Positions 34,984-46,795 are shown, counted from the first letter of the whole stretch. The stretch is 63,356 nt of DNA, filler included, from 8 parts of 8 records of this genome joined end to end with filler, not necessarily neighbours in it, one strand, 5' to 3'. The notes: generated from the letters alone by a model not told the origin. Made by a program: numbers and translations.

Positions 34984-35272
34984 TTCATTGTTATTGCAGA
35001 GAGTAATCTGAACAAGTGTATTGCTGGTATAAGTTGACCCATCGCCGAATTATCAATATGAGTTATTTCCTTCAACAAGAAGGGATCGCTCCTCTTAAGT
35101 ACCAGCGTACTGCAATCCTCTGCAGTGGCTTTTACGTGTATGCAATTCATGAAATAGTTATCGTTGTTTATGTAGAGTGATGGTATACTTTACGTTGAGT
35201 TTCACAGTTTTATAGTTTCACAGTATCACTCTTTCACCATGACTTGGAATGTATTGAAACTACGGAGGGATA

Positions 35273-36234
35273 ATGCAGCATCTTCTGCCTTTGTATCTCA
35301 TTGTATCTATTCTGCCCGGGATAGCGGCACTTACCGTAATGTCGGCTTTGGTCTCCCGTTTCAGGAACAGGGGACTCCTCTATTTTCTCATAGCTTATAG
35401 CTGCTTTACCGTCTCTATTCTTATCAATCTGATTATGTTCTATTTCGGCATAAACATATCTACAGAGATATCAAGAGGTGTGTATGTCTTAATAATAATT
35501 GGTATTCCTTTTTCTATTCTTATGCATACCATGCTGCCGCTTTCTGTGAACGAGGCCGTAAGACCCTCCAAGAAACGTTTGCTGGATGGTATCATCATTC
35601 TGGTAGCGGTAGTTGAAACAAGTTTTTTCTGCACACCACTTATGATAGAATACTCTAGAGAGACGCATACTATTCTGTTTGGATCACTTTTCCCTTTAAC
35701 CAACATCGTAGAAATGGTGAGCATAAGTTACTCAATCGCAATAATTTTTATCCTGCGAAAAAATATAGTAAATACTGCGGTAAGAAAGTATATTCTTATC
35801 CTCATAATAATAATTGCGCTATTTTTACCGGCTATCGGGTACGATCAGTTTTTATTTAATGGAATGAAATCACTTAAAACCGTTCCCATAGCAATTATTC
35901 TTACTCCAGTTTTCTACATGGTGTTTTCTATAGTAACGCTGATTTTGGAATACGCATATTGAAGACAAATACAAAACAGACAGACGATACAAATTCCTCA
36001 GACCAGGAGAGAGAACAACTGTCACTTGAAACAAAAATTGACAGACTGGCGGAAAGCGCGGGTTTATCGGAGCGGGAAAAAACTATTATCCCGCTTATCA
36101 GCCAAGGTCTGGGAAACAAGCAGATTGCACTTGAGCTGCATATATCATCAAAAACAGTAGGGAACCATATTTACAATATTTACCGGAAACTTAATATCAC
36201 AAGCCGGTATGAACTGCTCGCCTTATTGAAATAG
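35273..36234 (+). CDS. Multi-TM membrane sensor fused to LuxR-type HTH; frameshift in T-run at about 35943-35946
   Basis: About 7 hydrophobic segments followed by LSEREK...GLGNKQIALELHISSKTVGNHIYNIYRKL. One added T fuses the two ORFs. Confidence 0.8.
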
Positions 36235-36308
36235 CTTTTGGAACAATTTCAGAAACAGCCCCCAAATAGCCCCTAAAACAGCTTCAGAAACAGCCAAAAT
36301 CGCCAGTT

Positions 36309-36348
36309 TTGGGTATATTTACCCATGCTTTTGAGTATCATTTCCCAT
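36309..36348. promoter_or_regulatory. Two 7-4-7 inverted heptamer sites, putative LuxR/NarL-type operators
   Basis: TTGGGTA-TATT-TACCCAT (36309-36326) and TTGAGTA-TCAT-TTCCCAT (36331-36348), 22 bp apart. Confidence 0.6.
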
Positions 36349-36404
36349 TTTTTCTAGCTCTTTACGGTGGTAATCTTGTTTTATCACAACACAAGGAGTT
36401 ATGA

Positions 36405-37220
36405 ATGAAACTTTTTATTAGATCAATAATAATTGTCGTAATGGTAGGCTTGCTCGTCCTGATATTCTGGACTCTGGCAGGCTGCAGCAGTATGCCGGGA
36501 ACTTTTGAGCATAGCGAAACCGTCGACCCTCAGGAGCCAATTGGGGCGCTGGTTGAAACCATACAGGAAGAGATGGCGCGTAAAAAGATTACCGGTCTAT
36601 CAATAGCGGTTGCGGATTCAACTGGTCTATTATGGTCGCAAGGTTTTGGCGTCTCCCATAAAAAACAGAAAACCGAATTCACAGATACAACAATATCAAA
36701 TATCGGGTCCGTCTCAAAAATGGTTACGGCAACGGCTGTCATGCGGCTGGTAGAGATGGGATTGTTGGATCTTGATGAACCGGTTTCGACCTATATTCCG
36801 GAATTTAAGCCGCAGGGAATGGATATCTATAGAGAACCTATAACTGTCCGCATGTTGCTGAATCATGAATCAGGGTTGGAATCGGATGCCTTCCATGATT
36901 TCTTTTTGGGCTATGAAGCTCCGGAAGATTTTCCCTCTAGTTACCGACGAGCCATAGATGCGGTAAATCAAAGCGGTATCGTCCGTGATCCGTATGAAGT
37001 GTTTTCCTACTGCAATTTGGGCTACTCTCTTCTGGGGGTCATAATTGAACGAATCCAGGGAGGAAATTTTCAGGAAGCGGTTAAATCGCTGGTTTTTGAT
37101 CCATTGGGAATGATGGATTCATCATTCAATATTGATGACTTACCTTCAGAACGGATAGCAATGGGATATTTGGCAGGAAAACCCGAACCGATACCCTATA
37201 TAAGGGACATGCCGGCAGGG
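36405..37220 (+). CDS. Serine hydrolase of the class C beta-lactamase/S12 family, lipoprotein (3' truncated)
   Basis: Lipobox LAGC; SxxK (GSVSK), LLNHESG, YCN, PLGM. Confidence 0.88.
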
Positions 37221-37320
37221 NNNNNNNNNNNNNNNNNNNNNNNNNNNNNNNNNNNNNNNNNNNNTTAATTAATTAANNNNNNNNNNNNNNNNNNNNNNNN
37301 NNNNNNNNNNNNNNNNNNNN
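37221..37320. other. Artificial contig linker
   Basis: N-TTAATTAATTAA-N. Confidence 0.99.
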
Positions 37321-37336
37321 GGAAGGTGGTGGTCTT

Positions 37337-40252
37337 GTGCTGAAGCAGCTGCAGTATCTGATGTTTTCGTTCTGCGTTATTCTTTTCTCTGCCTGTGCTG
37401 TATGTGCGGGAGTTGGAGAAGAGGTCTCGGTGGCTTTGTCTGTAAAAGATGGGCAGGATATAGAAGATGTATATGAACTGGCAAAGCTCAAGCTCTGTCA
37501 GAAAGGGATGCTGCAGTTTCTCCGGCGTAGAGATAAGGCGGTGATGCGGCGTAACTGGAATATACTCAATGCTGAGCGTCTGGTATTTGAAGATCCGCAA
37601 CAGTATTTTTCTGCAATAAATATTCTTGAAAAATATCAGTCAAAGGGCAGGTTGCAGGTCAAGGCTGAGGTGATTGTTGATCAGGATGCTTTGGCTGACC
37701 TCATCAATACTGAGGCTGAAGAGGTAATTGATCAGCTAAATGCTGTAGGGTTGAGTCTGCTCTTTCTTGCACGGGCGGCAGACAGCGAGGTTGATTATCA
37801 GGAGGATACAGTGACTGCCGGAGGTGCGGCAGCAAGCAGCAGGAAAAAGGTTATACGTCAGACTGCTTTTACAACTCGTGCTGTTGATACTACTGAGATA
37901 CTGACCAACATTACCTCACGTCTTACAGATTCTGGGATTCAGCTTTATAGTGTGCAGGCGTTTATACCATATCTGGAGAATGGTGAGGAACTGGAGAGTT
38001 ATCTTGGAGAGCTCAAGTCGGCTTATGCCGGTTATGTCGACAGTAGTGGTCATTTTCGTGCTGGCAATACAGAGAAATTAACCGCTTATATTCAGCGGGA
38101 GATAATCAAATCTGAGCAGCATCCGCAATACTTTGCCCTCGGTAAGATTGATATAGGTAATACTGTCTATAATGAAATGACAAAAAAGTATCGCGGGGTG
38201 GCTAAGTGTAGCATAACGCTCTGGGATCTCAAGGCAGGGTTATTTCCGGTAAAGATTGCGACTACGCCGCTTATCACTGCAACTGCGGTTGCGGCTGATA
38301 AGAAAGAGGCGCAAAAGAATGCGGCTGAGCAGGCGGCGACTGAGACTGGTAATCAGATTCTTGACCGCATCCGCAGTAGTATGCTGGAGGAGTTTTATAA
38401 AGACAGTAAAGTCGTAGAGGATGAATTTGTGCTGGCTGAGCTTCTTGGGAGAGTAATGGTTGATGTCAATGAAGATCGCTTATCTGGTGGCAGGTATAGC
38501 AAGGAACTGGAGGCAGGTCTCGAGCTTTATAGTAAGTATGAGTACAATCAGGCTTATATTATTTTTTTACGTCTGGCTGAGGATGGAGATATAAAGGCGC
38601 AGAATATGCTGGGGCGCATGTATTATGATGGTCATGGGACTGAGCAGGATTATCAGAAGGCTGCAGAGTTATTTCTCAAGGGAGTCAGAGTCGAAGATGC
38701 AGAAGCGGAGTACAATCTGGCTCGCCTCTATTATGATGGTAATGGAGTTGAGCAGGACTATCGTAAAGGGGTTGATCTGCTGGAGCGGGCAGCTGCTCAG
38801 GGGTATCTCGATGCTATAAATGATCTCGGTAATATCTACCTTCACGGTAGAGGAGTGGAGCAGGATTATGCGGTTGCTTTGGAGTGGTTCAGTAAAGGCA
38901 TGGAAGAGAATTTTCCCTTGTCTATTCACAATATAGGCTATATGCATCTCAATGGACTTGGGGTAGTGCAGGATATCCCAGAAGGTATCAGATTGCTTAA
39001 AATCTCGGCAGGACTCGGGTGTGCTGATTCTGATTTCAATCTTGGTGAGCTTTATGATGACGGTACGGGAGTTGAGCAGAACTATAATATAGCGATAAGG
39101 CATTATCTCCGGGCGGCTGAGAAGAGTAATATTGCTGCGCTGGTACGCCTCGGGTCGATGTATCTCGATGGGGAGGGAGTTGAGCAGGATTACAGCAGGG
39201 GTTTTGAATACTTCAGGAGGGCGGCAAAAGCTGAGAACCCCGAGGCTCTCTTTGCTATGGGGTATATCTATGAGCAGGGTACAGGAGTGACTCAGGATTA
39301 TCTTGAGGCTCTCAAGTATTATAGGCATGCTGCAGAACTTGGGTTCTCTCCGGCATTCTCCCGTTTAGGTAATTTTTTCAAGCATGGACTTGGGGTAGAG
39401 CAGGATTATGGAAAAGCGATAGACCTATATCGTCGGGGAATAGCTGCTGAGAATGATCAGTCTCGTATTGATCTGGGGTTGATGTATTACGAAGGGCTTG
39501 GGGTGGTCAGGGATTTTAATAAAGCTGAGAAGCTGATGCGTGAGGCTGCGGCAAATGGTTTTGGTGCGGCAGAGTATAATCTCGGGGTTATCTACGAGGA
39601 AGGTCTGGGAGGGAGAGAGGATCTGAAGCAGGCGGAAGAGTGGTATCTCAAGGCGGTGCAGCATGAAAATATTGAGGCTGCTTATAAGCTAGGTATTATC
39701 TGGGTTGAAAGTGATGATAAGGTGCAGGAAGGGGTTGCCTTACTTGCTGTTGCTGCTGAGGCTGGATATTCGGTTGCCTTTACAGCACTTGGATTTTTGT
39801 ATCTTGATGGGGTCATTGTTGAACAGGATATTGCACAGGCGATACAACTTTATGAGAAGGGTGGAGAGCTTGGGGATCCTGAAGCGTATTTTGAGTTGGG
39901 TATGATATTCTCTGATGACATTCATATGCATTCTGATTATTATCGTGCTTTTGATTACTATTCTAAAGCCGCTAAGATGGGGCACAACCGTGCGATGTTC
40001 CTTATAGGGGCTATGTATCATGAAGGTCGTGGGGTAAAACTCGATTTTGAAAAAGCGTTGAGGTGGTATGCTAAATCAGGTGAGAGCGGGTATGTTGCTG
40101 CGCAAATGATGATGGCGAATATCTTTGAGAATGGCTTGCTTGATTTGGATGTGGATTATAGAATGGCAAAATACTGGTATCTCAAAGCTGCAGAGCAGGG
40201 GAGTAATCGGGCTGCAGAGAAAGTGGAGCAGTTGCCTGTGCTTGATTATTGA
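37337..40252 (+). CDS. Exported Sel1-repeat protein, paralogue 1 (unrecognised N-terminal domain plus 15 Sel1 repeats)
   Basis: Signal peptide; 36-aa repeats A..LG.MY..G.GV.QDY..A..W. Confidence 0.9.
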   Translation: MLKQLQYLMFSFCVILFSACAVCAGVGEEVSVALSVKDGQDIEDVYELAKLKLCQKGMLQFLRRRDKAVMRRNWNILNAERLVFEDPQQYFSAINILEKYQSKGRLQVKAEVIVDQDALADLINTEAEEVIDQLNAVGLSLLFLARAADSEVDYQEDTVTAGGAAASSRKKVIRQTAFTTRAVDTTEILTNITSRLTDSGIQLYSVQAFIPYLENGEELESYLGELKSAYAGYVDSSGHFRAGNTEKLTAYIQREIIKSEQHPQYFALGKIDIGNTVYNEMTKKYRGVAKCSITLWDLKAGLFPVKIATTPLITATAVAADKKEAQKNAAEQAATETGNQILDRIRSSMLEEFYKDSKVVEDEFVLAELLGRVMVDVNEDRLSGGRYSKELEAGLELYSKYEYNQAYIIFLRLAEDGDIKAQNMLGRMYYDGHGTEQDYQKAAELFLKGVRVEDAEAEYNLARLYYDGNGVEQDYRKGVDLLERAAAQGYLDAINDLGNIYLHGRGVEQDYAVALEWFSKGMEENFPLSIHNIGYMHLNGLGVVQDIPEGIRLLKISAGLGCADSDFNLGELYDDGTGVEQNYNIAIRHYLRAAEKSNIAALVRLGSMYLDGEGVEQDYSRGFEYFRRAAKAENPEALFAMGYIYEQGTGVTQDYLEALKYYRHAAELGFSPAFSRLGNFFKHGLGVEQDYGKAIDLYRRGIAAENDQSRIDLGLMYYEGLGVVRDFNKAEKLMREAAANGFGAAEYNLGVIYEEGLGGREDLKQAEEWYLKAVQHENIEAAYKLGIIWVESDDKVQEGVALLAVAAEAGYSVAFTALGFLYLDGVIVEQDIAQAIQLYEKGGELGDPEAYFELGMIFSDDIHMHSDYYRAFDYYSKAAKMGHNRAMFLIGAMYHEGRGVKLDFEKALRWYAKSGESGYVAAQMMMANIFENGLLDLDVDYRMAKYWYLKAAEQGSNRAAEKVEQLPVLDY

Positions 40253-40338
40253 GGTCTCTAATAGTTTTAATTACATATAATTGCAGACTCATAATTGATT
40301 ATCGTGGTTGGGTGTCTTTTGTTGAGAAAGGATAGACT

Positions 40339-43293
40339 ATGAACTGGTTGAATAAATTAATCCTGATTGCTCTGATGCTTACTTTCAGTGCTCTTCCAGC
40401 AGTTGCCGGGGTTACCTATAAGGCTCGGGCTACGATAAGAAAAGATGCTGATCTGGATAAAAACGAAGTATTTGAACTGGCAAAATTCAAGGTATGTCAG
40501 AAGGCTCTGCAGCAGCATCTGCAAGGTGATAGCAATATAGTGCTACGACGTAACTGGGACGTGCTCAGGCCGGAGCAGGAAATATTTGAAGAGCCTCATA
40601 AGTATTTCACAACTGTGGTATTGAAAGAGAAGGTCTGGTCTGGGAAGACTCTCCGTATAAAGGCAGAGGTTACAATTGATGATTCGGCTCTTGAGTCGCT
40701 GATAAATATGAAGGCAGGAAATGTGGTAGACAGGCTCAATGCTGTTGGTTTGAGTGTCTTGTTTCTTGCTCGTACCGCTGATAAGGAGATTGATTATAGA
40801 GAGGAATCATCGGCTTTTGCTGCAGGCAGTAGTGATGATGGTGAGGTAGAGAGTAATAGCAAGCGAAGCACCAGAAAGCAGACTGCTTTTACGACTAGAG
40901 CAGTGGATACTACAGAAATACTTACAAATATTACCTCACGCCTTACTGACTCGGGAATCAGGTTGTATAGTGTGCGGGCACTGCTCCCATATGTTGAAGA
41001 GAGTGATAGACTGGAGGAGCATCTGCGGCAGGTAAGTCTGTCTTATGCAGGACGTGTGGATAAGTACGGGGTATATCGGAGCGGGAGTACTGAGAAAGAG
41101 ATCGCCTATATTCAGAATGAGATTAAAAAACTTCCAGATCACCCGAGGTATTTTGCGCTTGGTAAGATTGATATAGGTAATACTGTCTATGATAAAGATA
41201 CCGGGGAGTTTCGTGGTCTGGCAAAATGCAGCATTACTCTCTGGGATCTGGATAGTGGAAGTTTTCCTGTCAAAATTGCTACAACTCCTCTTATTACGGC
41301 AAAAAGGATTGCTGCGGATAAGAAAGAGGCGAGTAAGAATGCTGCAGAACAGGTGGCGACTCATACAGGTAATGAAATTCTCGATAGGATACGGAGTGTG
41401 ATGCTGGAGGAGTTTTACCGCGGTAAAACTTTGGAGAAGCGGGAGCTTGATCTGGTTGATTTAATCGGGATTGTCTCGATTGAGGTGGATGAGGAGCGTA
41501 TCGATAGTGTCAAGAGGAATAAGCTTGATAAGAGGTATCAACAGGCATTGACAGTTTATGATAAAAAGAGGTACAAAGAAGCGTTTATTCTATTTTCTGA
41601 GCTTGCAGATGAGGGATCTATACGGGCAAGAAATGTGCTGGGGAGGTTATATTACTTTGGGCAGGGGGTAGAGCAGAGTGATGAAAAAGCGTTGGAAATT
41701 TTCTCCCGTGGAATTGATGAAGGGGATGCTGATGGGCAGGCTGCGTACTACCTTGCTTTGATGTATTATTATGGTATTGACGGTAAAGTAGATTATCAGT
41801 TGGGCAGAGAATTGCTCAATGAGGCGGTTGAGAAAGAGTACTCAAGCGCTCTCAATGAAATGGGGCATGTTTATTTGAATGGAGTCGGTGTTGAACCGGA
41901 TAATACTGAAGCTCTCAAATGGTTTCGGAAGGCTGGTGAGAAGGGGAATTATCTTGGCCTCATGAATGTTGGATATATGTATTTTAATGGATATGGCGTT
42001 GAGGAGGATATAAATTCGGCAATCAAGTATTTTGAAAAATCATCTGCAATCGGTTATGGCGAGGCTGATTTTATGTTGGCTGATCTTTATGAAAATGGTG
42101 TGTCGGTAGGTAGGGATATGGCTAAGGCTCTGCACTACTATCAGCGTGCGGCTGAGTATTCACATCCGGAGGCTATGTTGCAGTTGGGGTATATGTATAG
42201 CGATGGGGAGTTTGTCGAGCAGAATTATAGCAAGGCACTCGAGTTATTTCGTAAGGCTGCTTCAGCTGGGAATCTGGAAGCAGAATGTGCGGTAGGTGTG
42301 GCCTTTGAGAATGGGAATGGAGTTGCTAGAGATTATAATCAGGCTCTCAGGCATTATAATAAGGCGGCTGCAGAGAATTACCATTATGCTTTTACCTGTC
42401 TGGGGACTATGTATAGAGATGGGCGAGGGGTTGAGCGAGATTATAAACGGGCGATTGAGTATTTTGAAAAAGGGGTTGAAACCGGTAATATCAAGGCTAG
42501 GGTAGACCTTGGGTTTATGTATCTGGAAGGGCTTGGGGTAGGTAAAGATTATAAAAAAGCGGCTGAACTTATTGGAGAGGCGGCAAGGAATGGAAGTGCG
42601 ATAGGGCAGTATAATTACGGGTATTTCTTTGAGCATGGGGAGGGAGTCGCTCAGGATTATCGTGAGGCTGCGAAATGGTATAGAAAAGCTGTTGATAACG
42701 GGCATCTCTCTGCGGCAAATAATCTAGGTATTATCTATCTGGAAGGCTATGGGAGAAATAAAGACTATCAGGAAGCCAAGAGGCTCTTTGAGTTTGCGGT
42801 TGAAGGTGGACACGCAAATGCATGTGGTGGCCTTGGGTCATTATACCGTGATGGTAATGGCGTGGAGCAGAATATATATACTGCTATAAATATTTATGAA
42901 AAAGGAGGAGCGAGGGGGAGTAGTTTCTGTTATATACAGTTGGCTTTTATCTTTATTAATGGTACGAATATTCCTGTCGACTATTATAAGGCCTATGATT
43001 ACTGTAGAAAAGCGGCAGATCTCGGTAATGCTCAGGGAATGTATATACTCGGGGCGATGTATCATGATGGTAAAGGAGTCAGCAGGGATGCAAATCAGGC
43101 GATTAACTGGTATCGCAAGGCTGCTGATAAAGGGTATCCGGATGCGTTGTTTACTCTGGGGAGAATAAATGAACAGGGTTTGTTCGGGATAGCGATAAAT
43201 TATAAAGATGCGGTGTATTGGTATAAAAAAGCTGCTGAAAAAGGACATGCAGAGGCGCAGGAAAGAGTGAAAGCTCTCCGTTATGCTTATTGA
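40339..43293 (+). CDS. Exported Sel1-repeat protein, paralogue 2
   Basis: Signal peptide; same N-terminal domain as paralogue 1; 15 Sel1 repeats. Confidence 0.9.
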   Translation: MNWLNKLILIALMLTFSALPAVAGVTYKARATIRKDADLDKNEVFELAKFKVCQKALQQHLQGDSNIVLRRNWDVLRPEQEIFEEPHKYFTTVVLKEKVWSGKTLRIKAEVTIDDSALESLINMKAGNVVDRLNAVGLSVLFLARTADKEIDYREESSAFAAGSSDDGEVESNSKRSTRKQTAFTTRAVDTTEILTNITSRLTDSGIRLYSVRALLPYVEESDRLEEHLRQVSLSYAGRVDKYGVYRSGSTEKEIAYIQNEIKKLPDHPRYFALGKIDIGNTVYDKDTGEFRGLAKCSITLWDLDSGSFPVKIATTPLITAKRIAADKKEASKNAAEQVATHTGNEILDRIRSVMLEEFYRGKTLEKRELDLVDLIGIVSIEVDEERIDSVKRNKLDKRYQQALTVYDKKRYKEAFILFSELADEGSIRARNVLGRLYYFGQGVEQSDEKALEIFSRGIDEGDADGQAAYYLALMYYYGIDGKVDYQLGRELLNEAVEKEYSSALNEMGHVYLNGVGVEPDNTEALKWFRKAGEKGNYLGLMNVGYMYFNGYGVEEDINSAIKYFEKSSAIGYGEADFMLADLYENGVSVGRDMAKALHYYQRAAEYSHPEAMLQLGYMYSDGEFVEQNYSKALELFRKAASAGNLEAECAVGVAFENGNGVARDYNQALRHYNKAAAENYHYAFTCLGTMYRDGRGVERDYKRAIEYFEKGVETGNIKARVDLGFMYLEGLGVGKDYKKAAELIGEAARNGSAIGQYNYGYFFEHGEGVAQDYREAAKWYRKAVDNGHLSAANNLGIIYLEGYGRNKDYQEAKRLFEFAVEGGHANACGGLGSLYRDGNGVEQNIYTAINIYEKGGARGSSFCYIQLAFIFINGTNIPVDYYKAYDYCRKAADLGNAQGMYILGAMYHDGKGVSRDANQAINWYRKAADKGYPDALFTLGRINEQGLFGIAINYKDAVYWYKKAAEKGHAEAQERVKALRYAY

Positions 43294-43356
43294 TTAATTT
43301 TGCAATATATGATATGATTATTTCGAATTTATGACTATAACTATAAAGGGGAGTTT

Positions 43357-44593
43357 GTGAGGTTATGCTATGTGTGTCTGAAAGGTATTCTTTTGTTGGT
43401 CTTTTTGTCGGGAACTGTAGTGGCAGCAGAGAAAGATATCTATAAATGTGAGGTGACTGTCAGGCTTGGGAAGGAACTGTCTGCTGCTGAAGGGTATGAA
43501 TTGGCAAAGCTCCGCTTATGTAGGGAAGCTCTGCATGAATTTATGGCAGGAGAGGATAAAGCTGTTCAGCGTCGGAACTGGGAGCTCCTCGGTATTGCCG
43601 GCGAAGTGTTTACTCAGCCGCAGAAATATTTTACATCCATCAGGATTCTCAATAAAAATATTGATAAAAGACGGCTCAGAGTGAGTGCGGAGGTCTGTGT
43701 TGATGAAGCTGCACTTGCAGTACTTATTGAGCAGGAGGCGGGGGAGATAATTGCTGAGTCGAATGCGGCTCAGCTCTGTGTGCTCTTTCTCGCTAGAACG
43801 GCTGATACTCAGGTTGAGTATCGTGAGGATGTTGTGCTGCAGAGTGAGCTGGATAAGCCTGGTGGAAGTGAGGAGGTGGTCAGTGAGAAAAATTTGCTGC
43901 AGCAGACATCTTTTACTACCAGAAAGGTTGATGCTACAGAAATTCTTACCAATATCTCTTCACGTTTGACAGATTCCGGGATAAGGCTTTTAAGTGTACA
44001 GGCGCTACTGCCATATATTGAAGAAAATGACGAGCTGGAGAAATATTTAGATAGATTAAATACTTCCTATGCTGGTTATATGGATAAATCAGGGGTATTT
44101 CGTAGCGGTAATATCGAAAAAGATATAGCTTACATTCATAAGTTGATAAAGAATATTCCAGAGTACCCTCGTTACTTTGCTCTGGGTAAGATTGATATCG
44201 GTAATATCTTATATATTGAAAAGAAAAAGAATATCGCAGTACTGCCAGTTGTAGCATTACTCTCTGGGATATGACAGCAGGGGTCTTTCCTGCGAAAATA
44301 GCTTCTACTCGTATGATTACAGCAGTAGCAGCTGCGCCAGACAATAAGGGCGCACAGAAAAAAGCTGCGGAACAGGTTGCTCTTGCGGCTGGTAATGAAA
44401 TCCTGGAAAGAATCAGGTTGGTGATGCTGGAAGAGTTTGCTGTAGAGAATAAGAAAGTGGCTGATAAATTTGAGCTTCAGCAATTATTAGGGGAAGTAAG
44501 TATTGATGTTGATGAGGAGGCGATAAGTTCTGTTGAGCTTGGTGGTTTTGCTGAGCAATATGAAGCTGGAGCATTACTATATCAGGAGAATAA
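43357..44593 (+). CDS. Paralogue 3 of the Sel1-protein array (3' truncated; frameshift in A-run at about 44224-44228)
   Basis: Shares RRNW, TEILTNISSRLTDSGI, YFALGKIDIGN, CSITLWD and GNEILERIR with paralogues 1 and 2. Confidence 0.85.
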
Positions 44594-44693
44594 NNNNNNN
44601 NNNNNNNNNNNNNNNNNNNNNNNNNNNNNNNNNNNNNTTAATTAATTAANNNNNNNNNNNNNNNNNNNNNNNNNNNNNNNNNNNNNNNNNNNN
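44594..44693. other. Artificial contig linker
   Basis: N-TTAATTAATTAA-N. Confidence 0.99.
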
Positions 44694-45268
44694 ATCTTAA
44701 CATTTTTCCCAATAACTGTTGTTTCACCGATAACTACACCGGTACCGTGGTCGATTAAAAAATTATCTCCGATTTTTGCACCCGGGTGAAGATCAATACC
44801 TGTTTTTCCGTGTGCATATTCTGATATCATCCTGGGGATAAATGGAATTTTTAATTCGTATAGCTCATGTGCCAGACGATAAACAGCAATGGCATAAAAT
44901 CCGGGATAGTAAATTATTATTCCTTCAATTGATTTGGCTGCCGGATCGAAACCTAAAAATGCAGATGCATCTTTTATTAAGTTTTTATAAATATCTGGAA
45001 CACGCGAGAAAAACTTGTTGCTCAGATTCTCGATCGAATCTTCCAATTTATTTTCTAATGGCTCCAATAATTTTTTAAAATCGATTTGCATTTGCAGCAA
45101 ATTAAGCTCTACCTGCTGAATAACACACTCCTTATCAGCTTTTATCGGGAAAAGAAAATTAATGAGGTTATCAAGAAACGCATGTGTTTTTATTATTGAT
45201 GGTACCTCTTTACTAAAACTGGTATATTGCTCGTACAGATATTTCGGTAAATCCTTAATATTACTCAT
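44694..45268 (-). CDS. cysE: Serine O-acetyltransferase (3' truncated)
   Basis: DPAAKS, YPGFYAIAVYRLAH, TGIDLHPGA, IDHGTGVVIGET. Confidence 0.9.
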
Positions 45269-45292
45269 AATTAGTTCCTAGGTTGATGAATA

Positions 45293-45383
45293 CAAAAGTA
45301 GACAAAGTTCTAAATCAAATTTACATTTAACATTTTATTATCGTTTGAAATTCAAATTTAGATTCTAAAAAATCTTACTTTTG
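45293..45383. promoter_or_regulatory. Divergent Bacteroidota-type promoters (-7 element TAnnTTTG)
   Basis: TACTTTTG on the minus strand at 45293-45300 (cysE) and on the plus strand at 45376-45383 (MATE). Confidence 0.6.
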
Positions 45384-45407
45384 CCGTCCATTTTTAAACT
45401 TGAATTA

Positions 45408-46795
45408 TTGAAACAACTCTGGAGAGATATTGTTGAATCCATCAGTGGTACGGAACAAGATTTTACAAAAGGTAAACTTAGCCGTGCAATAATCCTGCTA
45501 TCAATCCCCATGGTACTTGAGATGGCTATGGAAGCCATTTTTGCATTAGTAGATGCCATTTTCTTAATTAATAAAGGTACAAAAGAAGTAACCATTGTTG
45601 GATTAACAGAATCTTTGCTTTCTATTGTCTATTCTATTGGCTGGGGATTGGGAATCGCAACAACAGCAATTGTTTCCAGGCGAATAGGAGAAAATAAATC
45701 AGAGCAAGCGGCAGTATCTGGTGTGCAAGGGATTATTGCAGGGGTAATTATCTCGTTAATTATTGCTGTGCCAGGTGTTATCTACAGCCGGGAGATTTTA
45801 GCCCTCATGGGGGCATCCCAGGAGGCTATAGATATTGGACATTGGTACCCGAAATTGATGTTAGGGGGAATGTCATTATTATGCTTTTATTTATTAATAA
45901 TGCCATAATTCGTAGTTCAGGAGATGCGGCTGTAGCATTAAGGGTACTGGCTGTTGCTAATGGAATTAATATTGTTTTAGATTATTTATTGATATATGGA
46001 ATTGGCCCTTTCCCGGAACTTGGTGTAATGGGAGCAGCTTTGGCGACCAATATAGGCCGGGGCATTGCTGTTGTTTATCAATTTCACCTCATGTTCAACG
46101 GCAAGCACAGAATAAAACTGGCAGTGCAGCATATAAAGGTCAAGTTCAAAATAATGTGGGAACTTATCCTTCTATCTACAGGAACCATTGGGCAGTTTCT
46201 TATTGCCACATCAAGCTGGATAGTGTTAAACCGAATAATGGCCACTTATGGCGATGAAGCAGTTGCAGGATACACAGTTGCCATCAGGGTTATAATATTT
46301 ACCATCTTACCGTCATGGGGCATGAGTAACGCCGCTGCAACGCTAGTTGGACAAAACCTGGGAGCCAACCAACCAGACAGGGCGGCCAAATCTGCCTGGA
46401 TAACAGCCGTAGCAAACATGGTGTTTTTATCCCTAATTGCAATTTTGTTTATTACAATCCCTGATGTAATAATGGGAGCAGTAATTACGAATGATCCTGA
46501 AGCACTTGAGGTAGCCATAAGATGCATGCGTGTTCTGGGTTACGGATATACTTTTTACGGCTTAGGAATGGTAATGGTACAAGCCATAAACGGTGCTGGA
46601 GATACCCTCACCCCTACTATTTTAAATGCTATCTGTTTTTGGTTAATTGAAATTCCTTTGGCATATTTTCTTGCTTTAAAAACCGGCATGGAATCGAATG
46701 GTGTTTTCTACGCCATTATTATTGCTGAAAGTATTTTAAGCATAATGGCTCTCATAATATTTAAAAGAGGCAGGTGGAAAACCCGTAAAGTATAA
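45408..46795 (+). CDS. MATE family efflux transporter; frameshift in G-run 45864-45868
   Basis: LSIPMVLEM, NIVLD, LGVMGAALAT, TLVGQNLGA, NGAGDT motifs; many TM segments. Confidence 0.92.

Noticed and set aside
35198-35224. Direct repeat AGTTTCACAGT, two copies
   Set aside because: Short, 16-bp spacing and no supporting context.
38600-43260. 108-bp periodic DNA repeats (for example GAGCAGGATTAT) resembling a CRISPR or DGR
   Set aside because: Explained by Sel1 coding repeats. There is no spacer structure, cas gene or reverse transcriptase.
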